This document shows, piece after piece, positions 9,124 through 18,473 of a stretch of DNA of 41,390 bases. The position numbers were made by a program, and so were the translations under genes. The stretch is from a bacterium (GTDB lineage Bacteria > RBG-13-61-14 > DATKZS01). The notes below the pieces were generated by a model. The model saw only the letters and a list, made by a program, of their open reading frames with translations, was not told the origin of the DNA and did no database searches. The stretch lies in NCBI GenBank assembly GCA_046484135.1, contig JAWOBU010000060.1:1-41390 (forward strand), read 5' to 3'. Numbering within the stretch: position 1 is the stretch's first letter; every line of letters begins with the position of its first letter.

Positions 9124-10577
9124 TCCTTCCCTCCCGTTTGACCCTTTTCGAACAAGCAAGGACGGACCTCCAATTTCAATAAGAGTCCTCCGTTGCCGGC
9201 AAAAGCCCGTGCCGCAGGTGCAAGACCCGGCACCCAGACAAGCCCCTCCTTGTCCTCGACAACCGGCCAGAACTCCCGATGCCTGGCCGGGACCTTAAGC
9301 TCGTTCATAAATTTGTAGAGCTTGCGATGCTTCCTCCCCGCCGGGAAATAACGGTCGCCTTGACGAATCCCCCTCACCTGCAACCGTCCCTTAATTCGTT
9401 CCGCATTCAGGTAGGCCCTGCACTCCGGCGCCCACGGCTCCTTATCATCTTTCTCGATCATTTGAGCGCAAACGCGGTAAAGACGCCCTCCCGGACCCCG
9501 CCAGTCCACTGAACCGGGAACTTCCAGTAACCGGACACCAGGCGCCTCTTCAACACCCGATTGATACTTCCGGGCGATACCCGAATCCGATTTGTCCACC
9601 CGCTCGACAACAACACGGTCCTTTTCCACAAAAACCCGGACGCCGGGAAGGTCCAGGGACGACCCCGCTCTCCTCTTCTTCAGGAGCTCCAACAGCTCCG
9701 CAAGGTGAGTGGCGGATACCGAACGCAAGTCGCCTTTTACACTTCTTATAGACTCCCGTAGAACCGCCAGGCAAAGGCCTTCGCCAGAGGGGAGTTCTTC
9801 CAAGCTTAAAACCACGGACCCGTCTCTGGACCGGGCGTTTTGGCTGAGCCAGTCCCCGGCAATAGAATGAAGTGCCTCGTACTCCTTGCGAAGAACGTCG
9901 GCGCTCCGCGCGAGCACCCTCGAGACAGCCGGGTTCATGTCGGCCAGCACCGGCAGGACCTCGTGGCGGATGCGGTTCCTGGCAAAACCCGGGTCCCGGT
10001 TGCTGGTGTCCTCTCTCCAAGCAAGGCCCTGCCGCTCCAGGAAACCCATTACATCGGAACGGACTGCCCGGAAAAGGGGACGAACAATCTTGATGGAAAA
10101 ATCGGGTCCGGCCTCCCGGCAGGGACTTAGGGAAGACACCCCCCCCAGACCGGCGCCCCGCAGGAGATTTAAAAGCAAGGTCTCCGCAACGTCGTCAGCG
10201 TGGTGTCCCACCGCCAGGTAAGCTGCTTCACAGGAGTGCGCCGTCCTGACCAGGAAATCGTAGCGCTCCTCCCGCGCACCCTGTTCCAAGTTACTTGTCG
10301 GAGGATTTGACAGCTTTTCCGAATGAAAGGGAAGGCCGAGCCGCGAGGCAAAATCCCGCACCCATTGTTCGTCCCGGTCGCTCTCCGCTCCCCGCAAGCC
10401 GTGGTTAAGATGGGCCAATATAAGCTCGAAGCCCCAAGTGGGACGAAGCTCCAAAAGCGCCCCCGTCAGGGCCACGGAGTCCGGTCCGCCGGAGATACCG
10501 ATCACAACCCGGGAGCCGGCTTCCAGTAACCCCTCCGAGATGATCGTACGCTCGACATCTTTTACAAACTCGTCCAT
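9099..10577 (-). CDS. tilS: tRNA(Ile)-lysidine synthetase
   Basis: PP-loop SGGPDS, HLNHGLRG, 'GHHADDVAET', 'EDTSN...FARNRIRH', TilS C-terminal domain. Start ATG 10577 or GTG 10586. Confidence 0.96.
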   Translation of the reverse strand: MDEFVKDVERTIISEGLLEAGSRVVIGISGGPDSVALTGALLELRPTWGFELILAHLNHGLRGAESDRDEQWVRDFASRLGLPFHSEKLSNPPTSNLEQGAREERYDFLVRTAHSCEAAYLAVGHHADDVAETLLLNLLRGAGLGGVSSLSPCREAGPDFSIKIVRPLFRAVRSDVMGFLERQGLAWREDTSNRDPGFARNRIRHEVLPVLADMNPAVSRVLARSADVLRKEYEALHSIAGDWLSQNARSRDGSVVLSLEELPSGEGLCLAVLRESIRSVKGDLRSVSATHLAELLELLKKRRAGSSLDLPGVRVFVEKDRVVVERVDKSDSGIARKYQSGVEEAPGVRLLEVPGSVDWRGPGGRLYRVCAQMIEKDDKEPWAPECRAYLNAERIKGRLQVRGIRQGDRYFPAGRKHRKLYKFMNELKVPARHREFWPVVEDKEGLVWVPGLAPAARAFAGNGGLLLKLEVRPCLFEKGQTGGKDYHQDSGT

Positions 10578-10773
10578 GGCTCTCACACCCGCTGGAACCG
10601 GTGAGAAGATACGGCCCGCCGCGGCAGGAACAAAAGCATTTCCTCCTGCGTATTGTTACACGTAAGCATTAACGGGAGGGGCCGCCCCCGGCGGCCTTGC
10701 CGGCCCACGGGGGTCGGGGAAAATTCCGGGATCAAAAAACCGCGGCTTAAAAAACCCGGATGGTCTTTACGAA

Positions 10774-10849
10774 TGGTGGCGGTGCAGGGATTTGAACCCC
10801 GGACGCTGCGGATATGAGCCGCATGCTCTAACCTCTGAGCTACACCGCC
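10774..10849 (-). tRNA. tRNA-Met(CAT), probably elongator
   Basis: GGCGGTGTAGCTCAGAGGTTAGAGCATGCGGCT-CAT-ATCCGCAGCGTCCGGGGTTCAAATCCCTGCACCGCCACCA: full cloverleaf, encoded CCA, paired 1-72 (not initiator), GGCGG acceptor stem. Confidence 0.95.
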
Positions 10850-10862
10850 GAATCGTAGTAAT

Positions 10863-10891
10863 AAGATAACACGCGCCCATGCCCCGGTCAA
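10863..10891 (-). promoter_or_regulatory. sigma70-type promoter of the tRNA
   Basis: Minus strand TTGACC-17 bp-TATCTT just upstream of the tRNA 5' end. Confidence 0.6.
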
Positions 10892-11007
10892 GGGCTGAGC
10901 GGCTTCAGAGAGGCACAGCTTCACTTTTCCGGAAACTGACGTGCGCACGGAGTTGAGCCTTCCCCCGCAGGAGCAGTCGGCCGAAGTAGTCTTATAAGGT
11001 TCCCGGC

Positions 11008-11538
11008 TCAGCCCTGCTCCTGAGAACCCTCCGGGCGGCTGGTATCAACGCTGGACACCTGCTCCTGCTGGAACTCCTGGGAGGGCTGAGCTTGAGGTGC
11101 CTGGGGCGCCGGTTCACTTTTGGCAGTGGAGGGAGCCTCCTTCTTTCGGGTCCGCACAGCAGTCTTTTTCCTGGCAGTGGTCTTTTTTCTCGGCCGTCCC
11201 GGTCCCTTCTTCTTCTTGGCGGTCTTCTTTTCCGAGGCCTTTTTTGGCGGTCTTCCCGGACCGCGGCGCTTGGTGGTCTTTTTCCGCGCCGTCTTTTTGG
11301 CTGTCTTCTTGGAGGTTTTCTTGGCTGTCTTCTTTCGGGAGCTACTGCTCCTGCCCGACTCCATCATGGCCATAAGCTCCGCCAACTGCTTGGGAGGTCT
11401 TCCCCGACGGGAAGGATATATCTTCTCCATCTTGCCCTGCAGCTTCTTCACTTCCGCCCGGAGCTCCTTTACCTCCTCCTCCAGGCTCATGAGGTAATTC
11501 TCCAGGTCCCCCAACAAATTCGATTTCTTTTTCGCCAT
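11008..11538 (-). CDS. Lys-rich histone H1/HMGA-like DNA-binding protein with AT-hook-like motifs
   Basis: N-terminal coiled coil, RRGRPPK, KKTA/KKTS repeats, RRGPGRPPKK, KKGPGRPRKK, Gln/Glu tail; ATG 11538 after AAGGAG. Confidence 0.75.
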   Translation of the reverse strand: MAKKKSNLLGDLENYLMSLEEEVKELRAEVKKLQGKMEKIYPSRRGRPPKQLAELMAMMESGRSSSSRKKTAKKTSKKTAKKTARKKTTKRRGPGRPPKKASEKKTAKKKKGPGRPRKKTTARKKTAVRTRKKEAPSTAKSEPAPQAPQAQPSQEFQQEQVSSVDTSRPEGSQEQG

Positions 11539-12072
11539 AGCTCTTCTCCTTTGCCGTAGCGCCGAATAGCTCCCGCCTCTGCACAATCCATATATTTTCT
11601 ACTTATTCCGCGCTTTTTTAGAAGCCAGATCAAGATGTAACTCAAGACTCTATCTGAACAAGTTCCATAACACCGTTTTTGAAGTCCCGAAAACGACTGC
11701 TATATTTTAATTTATTTTAAGTTATTACCTTATTTTATTTCTAACACAATTAAAATATTTTTTCAAGAAAAAACTGAAATCCTCTAAAGATAAATCTTTT
11801 AATTGTCAATCGACCGATCTTGGTCTATAATGAGGGTATTCAGGGCATCGCATATTTTAGAATGAGGGCCTTACATTTTTTGGGTTCATCAGGATTAAGC
11901 GTACTTGAACCTGGAGTTTGAAGATTGTTTTCTTGGGGAACAAAGAAAATGAACTCTTGGTATTTCGGGATAACACAATGTTTACGTTGTTTACCTAGCC
12001 GGTTTGTCCGGCTTGCGCCAAGAGCTATTTTCTTTATACCCCACAAATTCCAGTTTAGCACAATCCCCTTGA

Positions 12073-12135
12073 GACTTTGTCAAGGGCTCCCAAGGGAAGC
12101 CGCGCTCACGCGCGGGCATGCCCCTTGACAAAGTC
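12073..12135. repeat. 63-bp element with perfect 14-bp terminal inverted repeats (MITE-like)
   Basis: GACTTTGTCAAGGG (12073-12086) / CCCTTGACAAAGTC (12122-12135) with an inner hairpin CCGCGC-TCAC-GCGCGG. Confidence 0.6.
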
Positions 12136-12259
12136 GCGGATTGTGCTTTAGAGGTCTGCGTAGCACGAAAGTAAGCTTAATCCTGATGAGCCATTTTTTG
12201 TTAAAGCATAATCCGTGCGTTCGTTATCATTACCCGGAAATATTACTTGGGGAGCAGTT

Positions 12260-13582
12260 ATGGGATATAAGCGGCCGAGTTTGCAGCGGGTTCTTTTTCC
12301 CATCTTATTCTTTTTGGTCGGGGTGTTTGCAGGGACCTGGCTTACCGGCAATTCCAGTCTCTCTTCTGCCTGGAAGACCTTCTTTAAGTTGCAACTCGAC
12401 GGGCCTTTCCCCTCCGATAATACGCAAGGCAGAGAGAGAAAACAGTCCTCCCAAAAACAAAACAACGCCCCCGAGCTTGATGATGCCATTGCCTCTCTAC
12501 CCTATCTAAGCGGATACCACCCGGCCACCGGTAAAAGCTCCGTTATACAACACAACCGTGAAGAAGCATTCCAGGGCCTGAACTTCTGGATTTCCGGTCA
12601 CGCCCCCGAGGCCTATCTAATGGACATGGATGGAGAAGTACTTCACCGGTGGAAGAAGTCCTGGCAAGAGCTATGGCCTTCCCGGCCGCCACTCTTTAAA
12701 GATGATTTCTGGAGCCAGGCCCGGCCCCTGGAAAACGGAAACCTTATAGCGCTGTTTCAGTACAAAGGCATCTTCAAACTCAACTCGGAGTCTCAAGTTA
12801 TCTGGAAAAACGACATCCGGGCCCATCACAGTATCTACATAATGGATAATGGAAACATAGTTACTCTTACACGCCGGAGCACCGAGGGAAGGGGACAAAT
12901 AAAGACGACGAGCGTTATCAGCGAGGATTACATAGCTGTCCTGACCCCCGAGGGCAAGCTTATAAAAGAGGTCCCCATAATAGACCTTATTCTCAACTCC
13001 GACTATGCTCCCCTCCTGAAAGATATGAAGAAAAATGGGGATGTTCTTCATGCCAACCTGGCACGCCCGCTTCAAGGCAGAATCCAGGACTCCTGTCCCC
13101 CTTTCAAGGACGGTCGACTGCTCTTGTCCTTGCGTAACTTGAACTTGATAGGGGTGGTGGACCTCGAAAACGAAACCTTGAACTGGGCTCATACCTCCAT
13201 GTGGAGAGTCCAGCATCACCCCTCTATCACACCGCAAGGAACCATGCTTCTTTTCGACAACGCCGGCCAGAAAGGGCGGTCCCGCGTTCTGGAGATTGAT
13301 CCCTGCTCCATGGAAGTGAAATGGTCCTACCGCGACGACGTACACGGCCGCCTGTATTCCGCCATGGTAGGAGCCGTACAAAGGCTTCCCAACGGCAATA
13401 CCCTTATCCTCGAGTCCGACCGGGGACGGGCCTTAGAGGTCACACCAGAGCACGAAATCGTATGGGAGTTCCTGAATCCCCATCGGGCCGGCAAGGACAA
13501 CAATCTTATCGCGACCCTCTTCCAAATGGTAAGGCTCGAGCCCGGCTTCGGCGAATGCGGCAGGAACGGATGCTTTCAGTGA
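12260..13582 (+). CDS. Arylsulfotransferase (ASST-like) beta-propeller family protein
   Basis: N-terminal anchor; 'AHH', 'DVLHAN', 'LLSLRNLN.I', 'QHHP', 'LLFDN', 'GAVQRLPNGNTLI.ES..GR.LEVT....IVWEF' motifs. Confidence 0.85.
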   Translation: MGYKRPSLQRVLFPILFFLVGVFAGTWLTGNSSLSSAWKTFFKLQLDGPFPSDNTQGRERKQSSQKQNNAPELDDAIASLPYLSGYHPATGKSSVIQHNREEAFQGLNFWISGHAPEAYLMDMDGEVLHRWKKSWQELWPSRPPLFKDDFWSQARPLENGNLIALFQYKGIFKLNSESQVIWKNDIRAHHSIYIMDNGNIVTLTRRSTEGRGQIKTTSVISEDYIAVLTPEGKLIKEVPIIDLILNSDYAPLLKDMKKNGDVLHANLARPLQGRIQDSCPPFKDGRLLLSLRNLNLIGVVDLENETLNWAHTSMWRVQHHPSITPQGTMLLFDNAGQKGRSRVLEIDPCSMEVKWSYRDDVHGRLYSAMVGAVQRLPNGNTLILESDRGRALEVTPEHEIVWEFLNPHRAGKDNNLIATLFQMVRLEPGFGECGRNGCFQ

Positions 13583-13673
13583 AAATCCCCGCTTAAACAC
13601 CAGGCCTGAAAACAGGGTCATACCGGCCGGCTATTAACGTCCCCTCCGATAAAGGCCACCTACCCCCCGGCAT

Positions 13674-13758
13674 CTACCAAGTTATGAGGTCCGTGGAGCG
13701 GGAGACCCCGATCTTGCCGTGTCCTCTGCCCTGGAAACTTTGAGAATCGTTCGAACCA
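13674..13758 (-). pseudogene. Orphan 3'-terminal fragment homologous to the end of the GH92-fusion gene
   Basis: Encodes GSNDSQSFQGRGHGKIGVSRSTDLITW*, versus GSNDSESFQGRGHGKIGVARSRDLITW at 18492-18573 (24/27 aa; 68/82 nt by manual alignment). Confidence 0.9.
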
Positions 13759-13814
13759 AAAATCCCCGGCGATGTCATTTTTTGAACTTGAAAAAATTCC
13801 GCCTGCTTTTCCCT

Positions 13815-13843
13815 TTGCAAAGCCCTTTTTAAATGATTATCCT
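13815..13843 (+). promoter_or_regulatory. sigma70-type promoter for the ergothioneine operon
   Basis: TTGCAA-17 bp-TATCCT, ~35 nt before ATG 13878. Confidence 0.55.
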
Positions 13844-13877
13844 GTATCGAAGCCCGCAAGGGCGGCCGGATACTATT

Positions 13878-16800
13878 ATGAAGAAGTCGCGGACAAAGCG
13901 GGGAATATGCGGCATCTGTCCCGCCGGATGCTGGATAAAAGCTCATTGCGATGAAAAAGACAGGATCGTAAAGCTTGAGCCGGACGACGACCCGGTCATG
14001 GGCATAACCTGCAAGCTGGCCGAAGAGGTCCAGGACATCGTCTACTCTCCGGATCGCGTCCTTCATCCTCTGAAAAGAAAGGGACCCAAAGGAAACTACG
14101 ACTTCGAGAGCATCTCCTGGGAGGAGGCCTTTTCCGAGATAACGGACAACCTCACGCGGATCAAGGAAGAGAGCGGGCCAGAGGCCGCGGCAGTCTACAC
14201 CGGGGTGGGAAGCTTCGAGCAGGCCTTCTGCGATATCTATCAGCCCGCCGACGTGAGAACATCCTCGGCTTCCAGCGTGCTCTTTCCCTTCGGCTCGCCC
14301 AACACCATGGGGGTAGGAGCGCTCTGTTACGTGTCCTATGGAGTGATAGCTCCCCACCTCACCACCGGGCGGATGCTTATAGACATGTACAACGACGTGG
14401 ACGAGTCCGAGCTTATCGTGGTATGGGGGGCCAATCCCGCCACCGACCTTCCTCCGGTGGACATGAAACGCATCATGGAGGCCCGCGGCCGCGGCGCCGA
14501 GGTCATAGTAATAGACCCCCGGCGGACCGCTACCGCCCGGCTCACCGGCGCGCACTGGACACCCATACGGCCGGGCACGGACGGCGCCCTGGCTTTAGGG
14601 CTTTGCAACGTGCTCATTGAAGAGGAGCTATACGACCGGGACTTCGCAGAGCACTGGACCTTGGGCTTCGACGAGTTTTCCCGCTATGTGCAGCACTTCC
14701 GGCCGGAAGTGGTCGAGCATATAACCGGCGTTCCCGCTGACACCGTGGTGTGGCTGGCCCGGCGCCTGGCCGCGGCCAGAGGCGCAAGCCAGTACATGTA
14801 CACCGGTCTCGAGTATTCGAACAGCGGGGCCCAGGCCATCCGCGCGACCCTTACCCTGTGGGCGCTGGCCGGACAGCTCGACGTACCGGGCGGCCGCTGC
14901 TTTATCATGGACCGGAACAAGTTCCCCGTAAACCGGGAAGGCCTGGTGAAAAGCCCGCCGGGCGCGCGCCGGCTCGGGGAGGACCGCTTCCCTCTTTACG
15001 TCCGATACCGGGAGGAGGCCCACGCCATCGAGCTTCCCCGCGCGGTCCTGGAAGGAAAGCCCTACCCGGTGCGGTTCCTGATGGTTCTGGGCGGCTCCAT
15101 GCTGACCTCGTGGCCGAACCCGGAGCTGTGGAGAAAGACCTTCCAGAAGCTCGACTTCATGGTCTGCATTGACCGGCAGCTCACCGCGGACTCGGCCTAC
15201 GCGGACATGGTCCTGCCGGCCACCACCTACTTCGAGATGGACTCCTACATGACCTACGGGCCGCTCTTTCGGCTGCGCGAGAAGATGATCGAGCCGCTGG
15301 GAGAGGCGCGCAGCGATCTCGCCATCATGGCGGAGCTCGCCGACCGGCTCGGGTATGGCCATCTTTATCCGCAAACCACTGACGAGCTTTACGACTATAT
15401 CCTGCAAGGCTCGGGCTTTACTATAGACGAGGTGCGGGAGGCGGGCGGCGCCGTATCCACGGACACGGAGATCATGCAGTACCGTAAATGGGAGAAAGGA
15501 CTTCTGCGCAAGGACGGCAAGCCGGGCTTTGACACGCCTTCCGGCAAGTTCGAGATTTACTCGACCGTTTTGGAAGAATTCGGTTACGATCCCCTGCCGG
15601 TGTACACCGAGCCGGTGGAAGGGCCGTTGTCCCGGCCGGACCTTTTCGAGAAGTTCCCGCTGGTGTTCAACTCCGGCGCCCGCGTTCGGACCAGCTTCCA
15701 CACCCAGCACCACAACGTGCCCGGGCTGGTGCGGGAGAAGCCCGAGCCCACTGTGACCATGTCCAGCAAGGACGCCGGGGCCCGCGGCATCGAGGACGGG
15801 AGCATGGCCCGGATTACCACTCCCCGAGGGTCCTTGACCATGCGGGTCGAGGTCTCCGACGACATGACGCCCGGCTCGGTGGACCTGAATCATGCCTGCG
15901 GCAGCCCGGTGGGGCCTGAGGCCTGGTCGAGCCGGAACGTGAACGAGCTTACCGACCTCATGAACTATGACCCGGTCTCCGGCTTCCCGGTTTACAAGTG
16001 CCTCCTGTGCGAGGTCGAGAAGGCGGAAGGCGAAAGGATCGAGGTCCGCTCCTGCGAGCTGACAGCAGACGAGCTGGACTGGCCGGATGCAGAGGTCAAG
16101 GGGGAAGAGATTTATTTAGACCATAACGCCACCACCTGGCTGTCGGAAGAGGTCAAGCAAGAAATAAGCTCGTTCTTATGCGAGTACGGAAACCCTTCCA
16201 GCATCCACCAGGCGGGCGCACGGGTGAAGAAAAAAACGGACGAAGCACGCCGCAAGGTCGCGGCCGCGCTGCACTGCACTCCCAGACGGATCGTGTTCAC
16301 CGGCTCCGGAAGCGAGGCCAACAACCTGGCCATAAAAGGCGCCGCGTTTCAAAGATGGCACGACAAGCCCCATTTCATCACCACGGCGATCGAGCACCCG
16401 TCCACCTTGAAAGCCATGCAATGGCTTGCCGACATGGGATTCGGCCTTACCGTGCTGGAACCGGAACCTAACGGAATCGTGGACGCCGAAAAGTTCGAGA
16501 AAGCCATCAGCGAAAACCCGGTGCTCGCAAGCGTCATGCTGGCCAACAACGAGACCGGGGCCATCCAGCCGGTGGAGGACATGGCGAGGATCGCCCGCGA
16601 GCGCGGCGTACTCTTCCATTGCGATGCAGTGCAAGGCTTCGGCAAAATCCCGCTTGACGTGGAGCGGCTCGGGGTTGACATGCTTTCCATATCAGCGCAC
16701 AAGATTTACGGCCCCAAAGGAATGGGAGCGCTTTACGTCCGCAAGGGGATCGAGCTTACTCCACTCATAAGCGGCGGAGGACAGGAAGGCGGACTCCGGG

Positions 16801-17258
16801 CGGGCACGGAGAACACCCTGGGCATGGTGGCCCTTGGCAAAGCCGCGGAAGAGGCGGAATCCCTGCTCGGAAGAATGGAGCAGGTTCGCAAGCTGCGCGA
16901 CCGCATGGAGGAGGGGATACTCGACATAATTCCCGGCAGCTTTGTAAACGGGGACAGAGAGGCAAGGCTTCCCAACACCATCAACATCACCCTGCCCGGC
17001 TATCGCGGAGAGTCGGTTGTTACGGCGCTCAGTCGGAAAGGGATTTACCTCTCCTCCGGGTCGGCCTGCAAGGCGGGCTCGTCGAGCCCGTCCGCGGCGC
17101 TCCTCGCTATGGGTCTTTCCGAGGAGCAAGCCCATTGCTCGGTCCGCATATCTCTAGGCGCAGCCACAACTCCGGAGCACGCGGACAGGTTCCTGGAGGA
17201 GCTCGGCCGGGTGACCACCGAGACGAAAAACGTGGTCCACTTCGCGCCGTGCAGGTGA
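13878..17258 (+). CDS. Metallopterin (Mo/W-bisPGD) oxidoreductase fused to NifS/IscS-type cysteine desulfurase; probable metallopterin-dependent ergothioneine synthase (MES)
   Basis: N-terminal CxxCxxxC...C Fe-S motif, 'VVWGANP', 'IRPGTDGALALG', 'ADMVLPA', MopB C-terminal domain; then 'YLDHNATT', 'FTGSGSEANN', 'SAHK.YGPKG' (PLP Lys), 'SSGSAC' (catalytic Cys), C-terminal PCR. Directly followed by egtD. Confidence 0.88.
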   Translation: MKKSRTKRGICGICPAGCWIKAHCDEKDRIVKLEPDDDPVMGITCKLAEEVQDIVYSPDRVLHPLKRKGPKGNYDFESISWEEAFSEITDNLTRIKEESGPEAAAVYTGVGSFEQAFCDIYQPADVRTSSASSVLFPFGSPNTMGVGALCYVSYGVIAPHLTTGRMLIDMYNDVDESELIVVWGANPATDLPPVDMKRIMEARGRGAEVIVIDPRRTATARLTGAHWTPIRPGTDGALALGLCNVLIEEELYDRDFAEHWTLGFDEFSRYVQHFRPEVVEHITGVPADTVVWLARRLAAARGASQYMYTGLEYSNSGAQAIRATLTLWALAGQLDVPGGRCFIMDRNKFPVNREGLVKSPPGARRLGEDRFPLYVRYREEAHAIELPRAVLEGKPYPVRFLMVLGGSMLTSWPNPELWRKTFQKLDFMVCIDRQLTADSAYADMVLPATTYFEMDSYMTYGPLFRLREKMIEPLGEARSDLAIMAELADRLGYGHLYPQTTDELYDYILQGSGFTIDEVREAGGAVSTDTEIMQYRKWEKGLLRKDGKPGFDTPSGKFEIYSTVLEEFGYDPLPVYTEPVEGPLSRPDLFEKFPLVFNSGARVRTSFHTQHHNVPGLVREKPEPTVTMSSKDAGARGIEDGSMARITTPRGSLTMRVEVSDDMTPGSVDLNHACGSPVGPEAWSSRNVNELTDLMNYDPVSGFPVYKCLLCEVEKAEGERIEVRSCELTADELDWPDAEVKGEEIYLDHNATTWLSEEVKQEISSFLCEYGNPSSIHQAGARVKKKTDEARRKVAAALHCTPRRIVFTGSGSEANNLAIKGAAFQRWHDKPHFITTAIEHPSTLKAMQWLADMGFGLTVLEPEPNGIVDAEKFEKAISENPVLASVMLANNETGAIQPVEDMARIARERGVLFHCDAVQGFGKIPLDVERLGVDMLSISAHKIYGPKGMGALYVRKGIELTPLISGGGQEGGLRAGTENTLGMVALGKAAEEAESLLGRMEQVRKLRDRMEEGILDIIPGSFVNGDREARLPNTINITLPGYRGESVVTALSRKGIYLSSGSACKAGSSSPSAALLAMGLSEEQAHCSVRISLGAATTPEHADRFLEELGRVTTETKNVVHFAPCR

Positions 17259-17268
17259 TAGACATATC

Positions 17269-18309
17269 ATGATAACCAAGGAAAAAGCCGTAAAACGGAG
17301 CAGAACCATGACCGTTTCAGCTGAAAGAACCCGTGAATATGATTTGCCGCTAACAAACTGCCTTGACGCCGGCTTTGGCCCGTCCATGGCAGAGGACGTA
17401 AAAGAAGGGCTGTCCCGGAAGCAGAAGACCCTGCCCTGCAAGTACTTCTATGATGAGCGCGGCTCGCGGCTTTTCGAGGACATCTGCCGGCTTCCCGAGT
17501 ATTACGTTACCCGGGCGGAGATGAGCATTCTCGAGAGGGACGCGGCCGAGCTCATGGAGGGTCTTTACGACCTGGACCTGGTGGAGATCGGGTCGGGAAC
17601 GAACTGGAAGATAAAGCTCCTGTTTGCCGCTGCAGGTAAGAGGCAGAGAAAGACCATGCGCTACGTGCCAATGGACGTGTGCGAACAAGAGCTCATGGAG
17701 GCGGCCCGCGATCTGCGGGAGAGCTTCCCCGAGCTCTCCATTCACGGGGTGGTGGGGGACTTCACTTGCCACCTGCACCGGGTGCCGGACGAAAGGAAGA
17801 GGAAGTTCGCATTTTTCGGGAGCACCATCGGCAACTTCAGCGAGCACGAGTCCCAAGGCTTCCTGTCCCACCTGGCCGGGTCCATGAACCCGGACGACAG
17901 CTTCTTGCTCGGCTTTGACATGGTAAAACAAGTAGAGACCATGGAAAGGGCTTACAACGACGGCAAGGGAGTAACCGCTGCGTTCAACAAGAACATCCTG
18001 CGGGTCGTAAACAGCGGACTCGGCGCTGACTTCGACCCCGCGGGCTTCCGGCATCTCGCCTTTTACAACGCGGAAGAACAAAGCATGGAGATGCACCTGC
18101 AAGCCGAACGCGACATGGTGGTTCATGTCCGCGAGCTCGGCATGAGCTTCAGCTTTGAAGAAGGCGAGACCATCCACACCGAGGTCTGCCGAAAGTTCAC
18201 TCCCGAGAGGATCGAAAACATGGTCCTCGAATCCGGCTTTACAATAGACAGGTGGTTCGAGGCGGACGAAGAGGCATTCTCGCTTCTCCGGCTTAAACCG
18301 GCCGGATGA
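17269..18309 (+). CDS. egtD: L-histidine N-alpha-trimethyltransferase (EgtD/EanA, Methyltransf_33)
   Basis: 'GLS..QKTLPCKYFYDERGS.LFE.IC.LPEYY.TRAE', 'VEIGSG', 'FFGSTIGNF', 'AYND..GVTAAFN.N.L', 'GETIHTE.C.KF'. Start may be 17308. Confidence 0.93.
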   Translation: MITKEKAVKRSRTMTVSAERTREYDLPLTNCLDAGFGPSMAEDVKEGLSRKQKTLPCKYFYDERGSRLFEDICRLPEYYVTRAEMSILERDAAELMEGLYDLDLVEIGSGTNWKIKLLFAAAGKRQRKTMRYVPMDVCEQELMEAARDLRESFPELSIHGVVGDFTCHLHRVPDERKRKFAFFGSTIGNFSEHESQGFLSHLAGSMNPDDSFLLGFDMVKQVETMERAYNDGKGVTAAFNKNILRVVNSGLGADFDPAGFRHLAFYNAEEQSMEMHLQAERDMVVHVRELGMSFSFEEGETIHTEVCRKFTPERIENMVLESGFTIDRWFEADEEAFSLLRLKPAG

Positions 18310-18373
18310 GAAGACTGCTATAATGTTCTTTCCCTTGATGTATGTTCGCTTCCTGCAAGGGTATATTTTAATA

Positions 18374-18395
18374 TCGCGACTAAAGTCGCTCGCAC
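18374..18395. repeat. REP-like palindrome, copy 1
   Basis: TCGCGACTAAAGTCGCTCGCAC, identical to 21733-21754; core palindrome GCGACT-AA-AGTCGC. Confidence 0.8.
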
Positions 18396-18473
18396 GAATT
18401 CATGAATGGAGGCGCGACATAATCATCCGATAAGGCTCAAGGTAAACCACCCGCCTCCTTCGCAAAAGCCCGC

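Noticed and set aside
10774..10849. tRNA as the integration site of a genomic island
   Set aside because: No duplicate of the tRNA 3' end and no integrase seen in the window.
11840..12128. Short ORFs on both strands in the AT-rich spacer, and a weak dif-like string near 11963
   Set aside because: Atypical codon usage, no recognisable motifs; the XerD-like arm is a poor match with wrong spacing.
13674..14555. 293-aa minus-strand ORF
   Set aside because: Antisense shadow of the MES-like gene; only its last ~27 codons are meaningful (gene remnant).
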